Source of the DNA: Thermoanaerobaculia bacterium
GTDB taxonomy: Bacteria > Acidobacteriota > Thermoanaerobaculia > UBA5066
Length of the DNA stretch: 64,000 nt
Direction: 5' to 3'
Assembly: GCA_963719225.1 (NCBI GenBank)
Contig: CAVRAY010000001.1
Span: forward strand, 1,536,001 to 1,600,000
Below, in pieces: positions 51,665-60,361 of this stretch. Numbering within the stretch: position 1 is the first letter of the stretch; each line of letters starts with the position of its first letter. A model generated the notes under the pieces. That model saw only the letters and a list, made by a program, of their open reading frames with translations. It was not told the origin of the DNA and searched no databases. The translations under genes were made by a program, and so were the position numbers.

Positions 51665-52842
51665 GGCTTCCGAAGGGCTTCCTGGCCTCGGGCGTGCGCG
51701 CGGGCATCCGGAAAAAGCGCCCCGACGTCGCGCTCATCGTGGCCGAGAAGGGCGCGAACGCCGCGGCCCTGTTCACGAAGAACCGCTTCCAGGCCGCGCC
51801 CGTGATCCTCGGGAAGAGCGACCTTCGGCGCAGCGGCGGCCGCGTGCGCGCCGTCGTCGTGAACGCGGGCTGCGCGAACGCCGTGACCGGAAAGCCCGGT
51901 CTCGACGCCGCGCGACGCGTGCGCAACGGCGCCGCCGCCCTCCTCGGGTTCCCGAAGGAGGAGGTCCTCGTCTCGTCCACGGGCGTGATCGGGGTCGTCC
52001 TCCCGGACGCGAAGATCCGCGCCGCGCTTCCCGACGCGAAGGACCGCTTGTCACCCTCGGGGCTCGACGCCGCTTCCCACGCGATCCTCACGACGGACGT
52101 GGGGCCCAAGGTCGCCCAGGCCTCGTTCCGCTGGATGGGCCGCCGCGGCCGGGTGGTGGGGTTCGCCAAGGGCGCCGGCATGATCCATCCGAACATGGCG
52201 ACGATGCTCGCGTTCGTCATGACCGACATTCCCGCGACGCCCGCGTTTCTCAAGACGGCACTTCGCCGGGCAGCCGACGAAAGCTTCCACCTCATCTCCG
52301 TGGACGGCGACACCTCCACGAACGACACCGTTCTCCTCATGGCCTCGGGCGCGCTCCCGGGGCCGGAGCTCTCCGCGAGCGGGGACGGCCCGGAGTTCCA
52401 GGAGGCGCTGACCGAGGTCTGCCGCACGCTCGCCTGGATGATGGTCCGCGACGGGGAAGGTGCGACGCGCGTTCTCGATCTCACCGTGACCGGGGCGCGC
52501 ACGGAAGCCGAGGCGAAGGCGGCGGCGCACGCCGTCGCCACGTCTCCTCTCGTGAAAACCGCGCTCCACGGCGGCGACCCGAACTGGGGACGCATCCTCG
52601 CGGCCGTGGGCCGGAGCGGGGCCGGCTTCTCGGAAAAGCGCGTCTCGCTCAAGCTCGGAACCCTCGTTCTCGTGAAGGACGGCGTTCCGGCGCTTTACCG
52701 GGAGAAGGACGCGGTGCGCATCTTCCGCAGGGAGCGCGTGAGGGTCGTCGTGGACCTCGGAGTCGGAAAGGCGACGGCGTCGAAGCTCGCCGCCGATCTG
52801 GGGCACGACTACGTGTCGCTGAACGCGGACTACAGGAGTTAG
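51661..52842 (+). CDS. argJ: Ornithine acetyltransferase / N-acetylglutamate synthase
   Basis: PKGF, SSTGVIG, KGAGMIHPNMATML, DGDTSTND, DGEGA, DPNWGR, NADYRS. Confidence 0.96.
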   Translation: MRLPKGFLASGVRAGIRKKRPDVALIVAEKGANAAALFTKNRFQAAPVILGKSDLRRSGGRVRAVVVNAGCANAVTGKPGLDAARRVRNGAAALLGFPKEEVLVSSTGVIGVVLPDAKIRAALPDAKDRLSPSGLDAASHAILTTDVGPKVAQASFRWMGRRGRVVGFAKGAGMIHPNMATMLAFVMTDIPATPAFLKTALRRAADESFHLISVDGDTSTNDTVLLMASGALPGPELSASGDGPEFQEALTEVCRTLAWMMVRDGEGATRVLDLTVTGARTEAEAKAAAHAVATSPLVKTALHGGDPNWGRILAAVGRSGAGFSEKRVSLKLGTLVLVKDGVPALYREKDAVRIFRRERVRVVVDLGVGKATASKLAADLGHDYVSLNADYRS

Positions 52843-52844
52843 GG

Positions 52845-52874
52845 AGAAAGAAAAGCCCGCGGTTTCCCGCGGGC
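52845..52874 (-). terminator. Intrinsic terminator between convergent argJ and the lipoprotein gene
   Basis: GCCCGCGG-loop-CCGCGGGC with TTTTCTTT following on the minus strand. Confidence 0.75.
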
Positions 52875-52897
52875 CTCGAGACTCCGGGATTCGAGGG

Positions 52898-53536
52898 CTA
52901 CTTCTTGGCCGGCTTCGCCTTGGGAGGAGCGGGCGACGCGGCGGGCGGAGCCTCGGGCGCAGCGCCCGGCGTGAGGCCGAGCGTGGCCATCGCATCCGTG
53001 ACCTTCGTCTTGGCGGTGTTGCCCTTGGCGTTCGCGTCGATCAAATTGCCCGACTTGAAGGCGTCGGAGGCCTCTCCCCACGACTTCTGGATGTCCGCCA
53101 GGCTCGCTTTCGCGGCATCGAGCTTAGCGGCGTCCATGTCCTTCGGGAGCTTCTTCATCGCAGTCAGGGAATCGACCTTCGCCGTGATCTGCGCGACCAT
53201 CGGCGGAACGGACGTGTTCAGCTCGCTCCAGGATTTCGTCAGGGCGTCCTTCTTGGCGGCGACCGCGGCGACGACGTCCTTCGCCTTGGCGGGAATGCCT
53301 TGCGCGATCTCCATCGCGACTTTGTACTCGCCCTTGTTGAAAGCGTCCTGGGCCGATGCGTAGGACGTCAGGACGCCCTTCGTCGGCTCCGGCGCGTACT
53401 TGGCACCCTCGGCCTTGATCTCGTTCACGGATGCTTCGGCGGCCTTGAGAGCGGCTTCTGCGGGGCCCTTCTGGCTGCAGGCGACCAGCGCCACGCAGCA
53501 GAGCGCCACCGCGGTGATTCTGAGAGCGTTCTTCAT
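52898..53536 (-). CDS. Alpha-helical lipoprotein, function unknown
   Basis: MKNALRITAVALCCVALVAC lipobox; SD GGAGG; Ala/Lys-rich helices. Confidence 0.8.
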   Translation of the reverse strand: MKNALRITAVALCCVALVACSQKGPAEAALKAAEASVNEIKAEGAKYAPEPTKGVLTSYASAQDAFNKGEYKVAMEIAQGIPAKAKDVVAAVAAKKDALTKSWSELNTSVPPMVAQITAKVDSLTAMKKLPKDMDAAKLDAAKASLADIQKSWGEASDAFKSGNLIDANAKGNTAKTKVTDAMATLGLTPGAAPEAPPAASPAPPKAKPAKK

Positions 53537-53618
53537 TCCCGTCCTCCCTGTCGATCGTTTGTCGTGGTGCGGCCGGATTCTCTCCGCAAACCTCCCGAAC
53601 ATCAAATTCGCTTTGCGC

Positions 53619-54062
53619 TCAGGGAACGTTCTTCCGGCGGGATTCCTGCGCCATTCCGATGAGATGGCGCAGCCGCTCGGCGTCCTTTTTCCAAAGCCCG
53701 TGGATCACGATCGGCGGCGAGCCCCCCGTCGTGTCGATGACGACGTCCGCCAACATCACGCCGGCCTGGATCTTCACGGCTGCGATCTGGTCGGTCGAGA
53801 TGGAATCCTCGGTGTGCCCGAAGAACCGGGGCTTGTAGCGCGCGATCCGGTCCGGAAAAACGGCGACCTGGACGGGGAAGATCTGGTTGGACGTCGTCAG
53901 CCGCGAGGCGCGGATCGCCTCGGGGTTAGTGCTGAACGGCCGGTTGAAGAGATAAAGGACGCCGGCAAAGAGGACGAACGCGACGACGGCGAAGAGAAGA
54001 GCCGCGCGCAGCATGCGCCAGCCGAGGCCTGTGGGTCTTTTCGTGGCGTTCTGTTCGGGCAA
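53619..54062 (-). CDS. Membrane-anchored bacterial PH-domain-like protein
   Basis: One TM segment, then IRASRLT...IFP...IAAVKIQAGVMLADVVIDTTGG. Confidence 0.65.
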   Translation of the reverse strand: MPEQNATKRPTGLGWRMLRAALLFAVVAFVLFAGVLYLFNRPFSTNPEAIRASRLTTSNQIFPVQVAVFPDRIARYKPRFFGHTEDSISTDQIAAVKIQAGVMLADVVIDTTGGSPPIVIHGLWKKDAERLRHLIGMAQESRRKNVP

Positions 54063-54096
54063 GGGAGGGAGTCTATGGCGGCAGATCAGAAAATTC

Positions 54097-54125
54097 TTGA
54101 CGCATGCGCAATTTACGCCTATCTT
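54097..54125 (+). promoter_or_regulatory. Sigma70-type promoter for lexA
   Basis: TTGACG-N17-TATCTT. Confidence 0.6.
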
Positions 54126-54192
54126 GCGCTTGGTTGAATTGCTACCGCCCTCGAGGCAGTTTGATGGGGTGAAACTCCTTTCGTTCGAAGAG

Positions 54193-54312
54193 AATTAGGT
54201 GATCTCGATATAGTACCTTATTTTATATGGAAAACCACGCGATATCCCATATCTTACGGGAGCATTCCGAATAAAATTAGGCGATCTATATAGAAGGCCT
54301 TATTTTTTATGG
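54193..54312. repeat. Two imperfect 38-bp direct repeats, each containing an AATTAGGY-N14-RCCTTATT palindrome
   Basis: 54193-54230 AATTAGGTGATCTCGATATAGTACCTTATTTTATATGG; 54275-54312 AATTAGGCGATCTATATAGAAGGCCTTATTTTTTATGG; 82-bp period. Confidence 0.85.
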
Positions 54313-54917
54313 CATTGACGCTTACTCCCAAGCAAAAAGAAATACTGGACTTCATCCGGAGCTATCGGCAGAAGAGGGGTTTTTCGCCCACGCAGCGTGA
54401 GATCTGCGAGGAGTTCGGGTACTCCTCCTTCGGGACGCTTCAAAAGCACATCAAGCTGCTCCTCGAAAAAGGCGTCCTCGTGCGCGACTGGAACAAGAGG
54501 CGCTCCCTCGTCCTGGCCGAGGAGGAGAAACCCGCCGGAGCCGTGGAGATTCCGCTCGCCGGGCGCATCGCCGCGGGCCAGCCCATCGAGCCCGAGCCCG
54601 AAGGGGAGACGGTCGCGGTCCCGGACGTGCTCACGCGAAAAGGTCAGAACTACGTCCTGCGTGTGAACGGCAGCTCGATGATCGACGACGGCATCCACGA
54701 CGGCGACTTCGTCGTCGTGAACAAGCGCGAGAAGGCTTCGAACGGTGAGATGGTGGCCGCCCTCCTGAACGGCGAGGCCACGCTCAAGCGCTTCTATCGC
54801 GAGGCGGACGGCCGCATTCGCCTGCAGCCCGCGAACGAGCGCATGTCGCCGATCTGGGTCTCGGAAGGGGACCTCAAGGTCCAGGGCGTCGTGGTCGGGT
54901 TGATGCGCAAGTACTGA
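54309..54917 (+). CDS. lexA: LexA repressor
   Basis: LTPKQKEILDFI...SPTQREI; GRIAAG cleavage site; GSSM (catalytic Ser); ATLKRF (catalytic Lys); RLQPAN. Confidence 0.95.
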   Translation: MALTLTPKQKEILDFIRSYRQKRGFSPTQREICEEFGYSSFGTLQKHIKLLLEKGVLVRDWNKRRSLVLAEEEKPAGAVEIPLAGRIAAGQPIEPEPEGETVAVPDVLTRKGQNYVLRVNGSSMIDDGIHDGDFVVVNKREKASNGEMVAALLNGEATLKRFYREADGRIRLQPANERMSPIWVSEGDLKVQGVVVGLMRKY

Positions 54918-55005
54918 GAGGAGACCGGGTTTTCTTTCTCGGATTTTTTCTTCCAAGAAATCTCCGAAATCCCTTTCCTATCGATTCTTCACGCACAATG
55001 AATTC

Positions 55006-55830
55006 GTGAAGCTCCGCCGGCTCGCGCTTCCGAACGGGCTCCACGTGGGATGTCTCGAGGCGGGCGCGTCACGCCCTTCCGGCTCGCCGCCGCTCGTTCT
55101 CCTCCACGGCATCGGGGCGGACCATGGGGAGTGGGCGCTCACGCTGCCGCTTTTCGCGCGGAGGCGGCGCGCCGTCGCGCTGGACCTCCTCGGTCACGGC
55201 AGAAGCGACAAGCCGGCCGGCCCGGGCGTCGACTACCGGATTCGCCTGCTAGCGGACGTCGTCGTCGACGCGATCGAGACGCTGCCGAACCGGCCGGAGC
55301 GCGTGGATCTCCTCGGCCACTCGCTCGGAGGAGCCGTGGCTCTCGATCTCGTGCGGCGCTATCCGCGCCTCGTCCGAAAGCTCGTCCTCGTCGACACCGC
55401 GGGGCAGCCGGTCGAAGAGACCATCGACGTCCTCGCGGCCTCGCTGCCTTTCGTTCCGGGCTGCTACGCGGACTCCCGGCGCCTCCTGTCGACGAGCGTG
55501 AACTCCCGCTTTCTCGGGCATCCGCTCGTCGCGCTCGCCGCGACGCTCTACAAGGGACGCCGGAAGAACCGGCCGCAGCTCATGAAGCTCGTCGCGTCGA
55601 TGGCGTCGGGGGAGGATGTGCTGAAGCCCCGGGACCTCGCGAGAATTCCGCACGAGACGCTCGTCGTCTGGGGAGACCGGGACCGTATTTTTCCGCTCGC
55701 CGCCGGCCATCGGCTCATGCGCAGCCTGCCGAACGCGCGTCTCGAGGTCATGCCGCGTTGTGGCCACGTGCCGCCCACCGAGTGCCCGGTGACGTTCGCG
55801 CGGCGCGTGATCGCGTTTCTCGACGCTTAG
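55006..55830 (+). CDS. Alpha/beta hydrolase
   Basis: LVLLHG, DLLGHGRS, GHSLGG, WGDRD, CGH. Confidence 0.9.
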   Translation: MKLRRLALPNGLHVGCLEAGASRPSGSPPLVLLHGIGADHGEWALTLPLFARRRRAVALDLLGHGRSDKPAGPGVDYRIRLLADVVVDAIETLPNRPERVDLLGHSLGGAVALDLVRRYPRLVRKLVLVDTAGQPVEETIDVLAASLPFVPGCYADSRRLLSTSVNSRFLGHPLVALAATLYKGRRKNRPQLMKLVASMASGEDVLKPRDLARIPHETLVVWGDRDRIFPLAAGHRLMRSLPNARLEVMPRCGHVPPTECPVTFARRVIAFLDA

Positions 55831-55850
55831 TTCGTTATTCTCCCGACCAA

Positions 55851-57635
55851 ATGCGCACGACACGCTTCACGGTCGCGATGCCGCGGCCCGAGACGCACCT
55901 TTACGACATCACCATGGAAGTCGACCCGAAGGGCGCGACGACTCTCGACCTCGTGCTCCCGGTGTGGACACCGGGGTCATACCTCGTCCGGGAGTTCTCG
56001 CGACACGTAAGGGATTTTTCTGCGAAAGAAAAGGGCGCCCGCGGGACCATTCCCGCCGAGAAGATCGCCAAGAACGTCTGGCGTCTCTCTTTACTTTCTA
56101 AGAAATCTTCTTCTTCATCCTCTCTTCTCCTCGTCTCCTATCGCGTCTACGCGCACGAACTTTCGGTCCGCACGTCACATCTCGACTCGTCGCACGGGTT
56201 CGGCAACGGCGCGAACCTCTTCTTCTATGTGGAAGGCCGGAAGGAGGAGCCGCAGGAGGTGCGATTCTCGCTGCCGCGCCTCTGGAAGGTCTCTATGGCC
56301 CTCCCCTCGCGCAGCGGCGTCTTTCGCGCGGCCGACTACGACGAGCTCGTGGATTCGCCTTTCGAATGCGGGACGCACCGCACGTTCGCGTTCACCGTGC
56401 GCGGCGTGCCGCATACGCTCGCTCTCTGGGGCGGCGGCAACGAGGACCCCGCGCGCCTCGCGAGGGACCTCAAGCGGCTCGTGCTCGAAGCCGCGGCGCT
56501 CTTCGGCGGCCTGCCGTACGAGCGTTACCTCTTCCTCGTCCACCTCTCCGCAGGCGCGCGCGGAGGGCTCGAGCATCGCTCCTCCCAGTCGGTCGCGCTC
56601 GATCCCCATGCGTTCCGGCCCGAAAAGTCCTACCGCGACGCGCTCCTCCTCTTTTCGCACGAGCTCTTCCACGCCTGGAACGTCAAGCGCATCCGGCCCG
56701 AGGCCTTCGGCCCGTTCGACTACGCCGGCGAGGTCTACACCGCGGACCTCTGGGCTCTCGAGGGGCTCACCTCCTACTACGAAGCGCTGCTCCTCGTTCG
56801 CGCCGGCCTTCTGACCGAGGCGCAGGCCTTCGAGGAGTGGATGCGGCACTGGAAGGCGCATCTCGTGACGCCGGGCCGTCTCGTTCAGAGCGCCGAGTCG
56901 GCCTCTTTCGACACCTGGATCCGCTTCTACCGGCCCGACGAGAACTCGGTGAACGTGGCGGAGAGCTATTACCGGCGCGGCGCGATCCTGGGCCTCGCGC
57001 TCGATCTGGCGCTCCGCCGCGCGACGGCCGGCCGCCGCGGCCTCGACGAGGTCTTTCGACGGCTCTTCAGGACGTACGCCTCGAAGGGCCGGGCATACCC
57101 GCCGGGAGCTTTCGAGGACGTGGCCGCGCGCGTCGCCCTCTCACGCCCCGCGGTGCGGCGCTTTTTCGACCGCTACGTGCGCGGCACCGGGACGCCGGAT
57201 CTCGCGCGCCTCCTCGGCGTCGCGGGCCTGAGGCTGCGCGAGGCGCCGGAAACCGAAGAAGGCGTTACCGACGCGATGGCCCCGCGGACGAGAGCGGACT
57301 TCGGCTGGAAGACGAAGCTCGAGGAGGGGAGGCTCGTCGTGTCGGAGGTGCTGGCGGGGAGGCCGGCGCAAGCCGCGGGGGTGAATGCGGGAGACGTGCT
57401 CGTCGCTCTCGACGGTCTCCGCGCGAGCGAGGAGCTCCTCGCGCGGCTCGAGAAGGAGCGCAAGCCGCAGAGCCCGGTGGACGTCGCGGTGTTCCGACGG
57501 GAGGTCCTGGAGACGCACCGCGTGCGGCTTGGAGGGAAACGTGCGTCCGTCTGGCGGATCGAGCCCGCTCCCGGGGCCGCGGCCGGCGCCCGTCGCCTGA
57601 AGAGGCGCTGGCTGAAGACGCGCGTCAGCGCTTGA
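55851..57635 (+). CDS. M61 family glycyl aminopeptidase with C-terminal PDZ domain
   Basis: PVWTPGSY, YDELVDSP, GGLEH, HELFHAWNVKRIRP, EGLTSYY; PDZ PAQAAGVNAGD. Confidence 0.92.
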   Translation: MRTTRFTVAMPRPETHLYDITMEVDPKGATTLDLVLPVWTPGSYLVREFSRHVRDFSAKEKGARGTIPAEKIAKNVWRLSLLSKKSSSSSSLLLVSYRVYAHELSVRTSHLDSSHGFGNGANLFFYVEGRKEEPQEVRFSLPRLWKVSMALPSRSGVFRAADYDELVDSPFECGTHRTFAFTVRGVPHTLALWGGGNEDPARLARDLKRLVLEAAALFGGLPYERYLFLVHLSAGARGGLEHRSSQSVALDPHAFRPEKSYRDALLLFSHELFHAWNVKRIRPEAFGPFDYAGEVYTADLWALEGLTSYYEALLLVRAGLLTEAQAFEEWMRHWKAHLVTPGRLVQSAESASFDTWIRFYRPDENSVNVAESYYRRGAILGLALDLALRRATAGRRGLDEVFRRLFRTYASKGRAYPPGAFEDVAARVALSRPAVRRFFDRYVRGTGTPDLARLLGVAGLRLREAPETEEGVTDAMAPRTRADFGWKTKLEEGRLVVSEVLAGRPAQAAGVNAGDVLVALDGLRASEELLARLEKERKPQSPVDVAVFRREVLETHRVRLGGKRASVWRIEPAPGAAAGARRLKRRWLKTRVSA

Positions 57636-59082
57636 AGAAGCCCTGGGGCGCTCCGGTCTGCATTGCCGCCGCCGCGCCGCTCGTTCCGAGGAGCTTCTGG
57701 TTCAGGTCGCGGATCCGCTCGTTGAGCTGGGCGACCTTCGCCGCCATCTCCTGGCGCTGCCGCTCTCCGTCCGACCGGACCTTCTGGATCTCGTTCTCGG
57801 CCTCGGCTCCCTGCTGAGCCTTGACCTGGATCATGCGATCGCGCTCCGACAGGTCGGCTTCGAGCGACGAGATGAGCTCGTCCTTCTCGATCAGCCGCTG
57901 GCGCCATTTCTCTTCCTGCTCTTCGTAGAGCTTCTTCACGTCCATGAGCTCGGTGATGGCGGAAAAGTCGTTCGCGGATGGGGCCATGATTCCTCCTCGG
58001 CCACGCTCCTCGATCTTCGGGAAGAGCTTCCGGAGCTTGAGTGAGAGGTCTTCGGGGTCGGACGAGAGCTTCATCGCGGCGTTCACGTCGATCGCGCCGT
58101 TCACGAGGAGCGCGATGAGCGACTGGTTCATGGACTGCATCTTGAAGTACGCGACCGAGGTCTCGATCTCCTCCTGGATCTCCTTCGTCTCGCCGGTCTC
58201 GATCTGCTTGGCGATCTTCGGCGAGTTGATGAGGATCTCGACGACCGGCACGAGGCCCTTGCCGTCCACGCGGTCGATGAGCTGCATGGAGATGATCGAA
58301 CGGAGCACGAGCGCAAGCTGGCGGCGCACCTGGTTCTGCTGCGCCGGCGGGCAGGAGTCCATGATGCGGTCGATCGTCTGCGACGCGTTGTTCGTATGTA
58401 GCGTCGAATAGACGAGATGGCCCGTCTCGGCCGCCGTGATCGCGGTCGACATCGTCTCCCAGTCGCGCATCTCGCCGACCATGATGACGTCGGGGTCCTG
58501 GCGCATCACGTTGCGAAGGGCCTCGGGGAACGAGACCGTGTCGGTCCCCATCTCGCGCTGCGAGACGGAGGCCATGTTGTCCTGGAAGAGGTACTCGATC
58601 GGGTCCTCGATCGTGACGATGTGGACGGGGTGCCGCTCCGTGATGAGCTTGACCATCGCCGCGAGCGTCGTCGACTTGCCGGATCCGGTCGGGCCCGTCA
58701 CGAGGACGAGTCCGGCGGGAAGGTCGGCGAACGTCTCGATCACCTCGGGCAGGTTCAGGGCGGCGACCTGCGGAATCTGGTAGGGAATGCGGCGGAACAC
58801 CGCGGTCCAGGTGCCGCGCTGCAGGTAGATGTTCCCGCGGAACCGCGCGACCCCGGTGATCCCGTAGCCGATGTCGACCGCGTAGTTCTGCTGGAGCTTG
58901 TCCCGCTGGTACGGCGTGAGGATCGGGAGGACCATGTCCTCGATTTCCTTCGGCGCGAGCGGATCCGTCTTGAGGGGGACGAGCCGCCCGTTGACGCGGA
59001 GGAGCGGAGGACGGCCCGGCTTCAGATGGAGATCCGAGGCCTCCTTCTTCGTGACGAACTTCAGAAGCTCGGTCAGGTCCAT
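57625..59082 (-). CDS. pilT: PilT/PilU family ATPase with C-terminal coiled-coil extension
   Basis: ASDLHL, GPTGSGKSTT, TIEDPIE, RQDPDVIMVGEMRD, ETGHLVYSTLH, MQSM; extra tail of about 120 aa. Confidence 0.88.
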   Translation of the reverse strand: MDLTELLKFVTKKEASDLHLKPGRPPLLRVNGRLVPLKTDPLAPKEIEDMVLPILTPYQRDKLQQNYAVDIGYGITGVARFRGNIYLQRGTWTAVFRRIPYQIPQVAALNLPEVIETFADLPAGLVLVTGPTGSGKSTTLAAMVKLITERHPVHIVTIEDPIEYLFQDNMASVSQREMGTDTVSFPEALRNVMRQDPDVIMVGEMRDWETMSTAITAAETGHLVYSTLHTNNASQTIDRIMDSCPPAQQNQVRRQLALVLRSIISMQLIDRVDGKGLVPVVEILINSPKIAKQIETGETKEIQEEIETSVAYFKMQSMNQSLIALLVNGAIDVNAAMKLSSDPEDLSLKLRKLFPKIEERGRGGIMAPSANDFSAITELMDVKKLYEEQEEKWRQRLIEKDELISSLEADLSERDRMIQVKAQQGAEAENEIQKVRSDGERQRQEMAAKVAQLNERIRDLNQKLLGTSGAAAAMQTGAPQGFFKR

Positions 59083-59101
59083 CTGGGTGTGGGCTCTCGG
59101 G

Positions 59102-60361
59102 TCATTTTACTTCAACAGAGGCCGCAGCGGGCCCAAAAGACGGCCGGAGGCGACGAAGCCAGGCGCGGGCCGCGCGCGGACCGCGGATCTCCGAAGACGC
59201 GAGGGCGAGGTCGAAGGCGGCGAGGGCGTCTCCCAGTGTCTTCCCCTCCCCGAGGCCGAGAAGAGAAGAGATTTCTGCGAATGGAAGAGGACGGGTGGGC
59301 TTCAGGATCCGGCGGAGCGCGGTAGGCCTCCTTAGGATCCTTTCGGCGACATCGGCGAGGTCCCGCGCGCGCCTGTCGCCGGCAGCGCGAAGGAAGGCGG
59401 TGGATTCTGCTTCGAAAGGGGAAGAACGGCGCAGGAGCGCGGCGACGTCGCGGCGCGAGGGCGGGCGGGCGGCGCGTGGCCCCGAGAGCGGGAGAGCGTA
59501 GAGCCTGCTCGCGAGCCGCAGCTCTTCCCGGCTGACTTTCCACCTTCTAAGAAGATCTTCGGCTCTCTTCGGACCCATCGGATGAAGGAGGAGCACCCGC
59601 GCAACACGGGCGTCGCGGGAGTCGAGGCCAGAGACGAGAGAGAGACCGCGGCGGCGCTCGCGCGCCGCCGTGCTTAGAAGGAGGATGGAAAGGACGCCCG
59701 TTCGCTCGAGGAACCGCAGGGCGCGCATTCTTCCCTCCGCGGGCGCGCGGAGGAGCTTGTCGAGCTCGACGAGGCGCCGCTCCGCAGCAACCATTCGAAG
59801 CATCTTCGCGGCCTGACGAAGCTCCGGGATGGCGGCTCGCGCGACGTGGAATCCCGGCAGCTCCGCGAGAAACCGCGCGGCCCTCAGGACTCTCAAGGGA
59901 TCTTCCAGAAAGACGCCTGGCCTGGGCGGTTTGAGCCTCCTCGCCTTCAGGTCCGCGAGCGCGCCGGGAGCGCTCGAGAACGTGCCCCGAGGAAGCGAGA
60001 AAGAGAGCGCGTTGACCGTGAAGTCGCGCCGCAGGAGGTCGGCGGCGGGATCGCCCGCTTCTTCCCACACGTCGATCTCGTGCGCGCGAAACGGCACCTT
60101 GAGGATGCGCTTGGGCGCCGAGCCGATCGGCACGACGCGCGATCCGGCTCTCGTCGCGAGCCCGGTCGCGATCCTCTCTGCGCTCTTCGGCGGTGCGACG
60201 AGGTCGAGATCGCCGCCTTCTCTTCCGAGAAACGCGTCCCGCACCGCCCCCCCGACGACGCGGACGCCGTCCTCGGGTCGCGCGAGCGAAGCCGCGGCGG
60301 ACGCGTCGGCGCGCCTCAGGAGGGCGCGGAAGCCGCGCCGGACCGCGAAATCTTCGTTCAG
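59102..60361 (-). CDS. Class II tRNA nucleotidyltransferase / poly(A) polymerase family (probable CC-adding type; start uncertain)
   Basis: VVGGAVRDAFLG...DLDLV, DLLRRDFTVNAL, EDPLRVLRAARF. Confidence 0.87.
   Translation of the reverse strand: MNEDFAVRRGFRALLRRADASAAASLARPEDGVRVVGGAVRDAFLGREGGDLDLVAPPKSAERIATGLATRAGSRVVPIGSAPKRILKVPFRAHEIDVWEEAGDPAADLLRRDFTVNALSFSLPRGTFSSAPGALADLKARRLKPPRPGVFLEDPLRVLRAARFLAELPGFHVARAAIPELRQAAKMLRMVAAERRLVELDKLLRAPAEGRMRALRFLERTGVLSILLLSTAARERRRGLSLVSGLDSRDARVARVLLLHPMGPKRAEDLLRRWKVSREELRLASRLYALPLSGPRAARPPSRRDVAALLRRSSPFEAESTAFLRAAGDRRARDLADVAERILRRPTALRRILKPTRPLPFAEISSLLGLGEGKTLGDALAAFDLALASSEIRGPRAARAWLRRLRPSFGPAAASVEVK
59258..59695. repeat. Cluster of four dispersed motif copies inside the nucleotidyltransferase gene
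   Basis: Plus GAGAAGAGATTTCTGCGAATGGAAGAGG; plus GATTCTGCTTCGAAAGGGGAAG; minus GAAGATCTTCTTAGAAGGTGGAAAG; plus TGCTTAGAAGGAGG. Confidence 0.7.

Noticed and set aside
54193-54312. Two 38-bp repeats with a 44-bp spacer as a mini CRISPR array or dif site
   Set aside because: There are only two divergent copies, no cas genes and no match to the XerC/XerD consensus. Their position at lexA fits an operator better.
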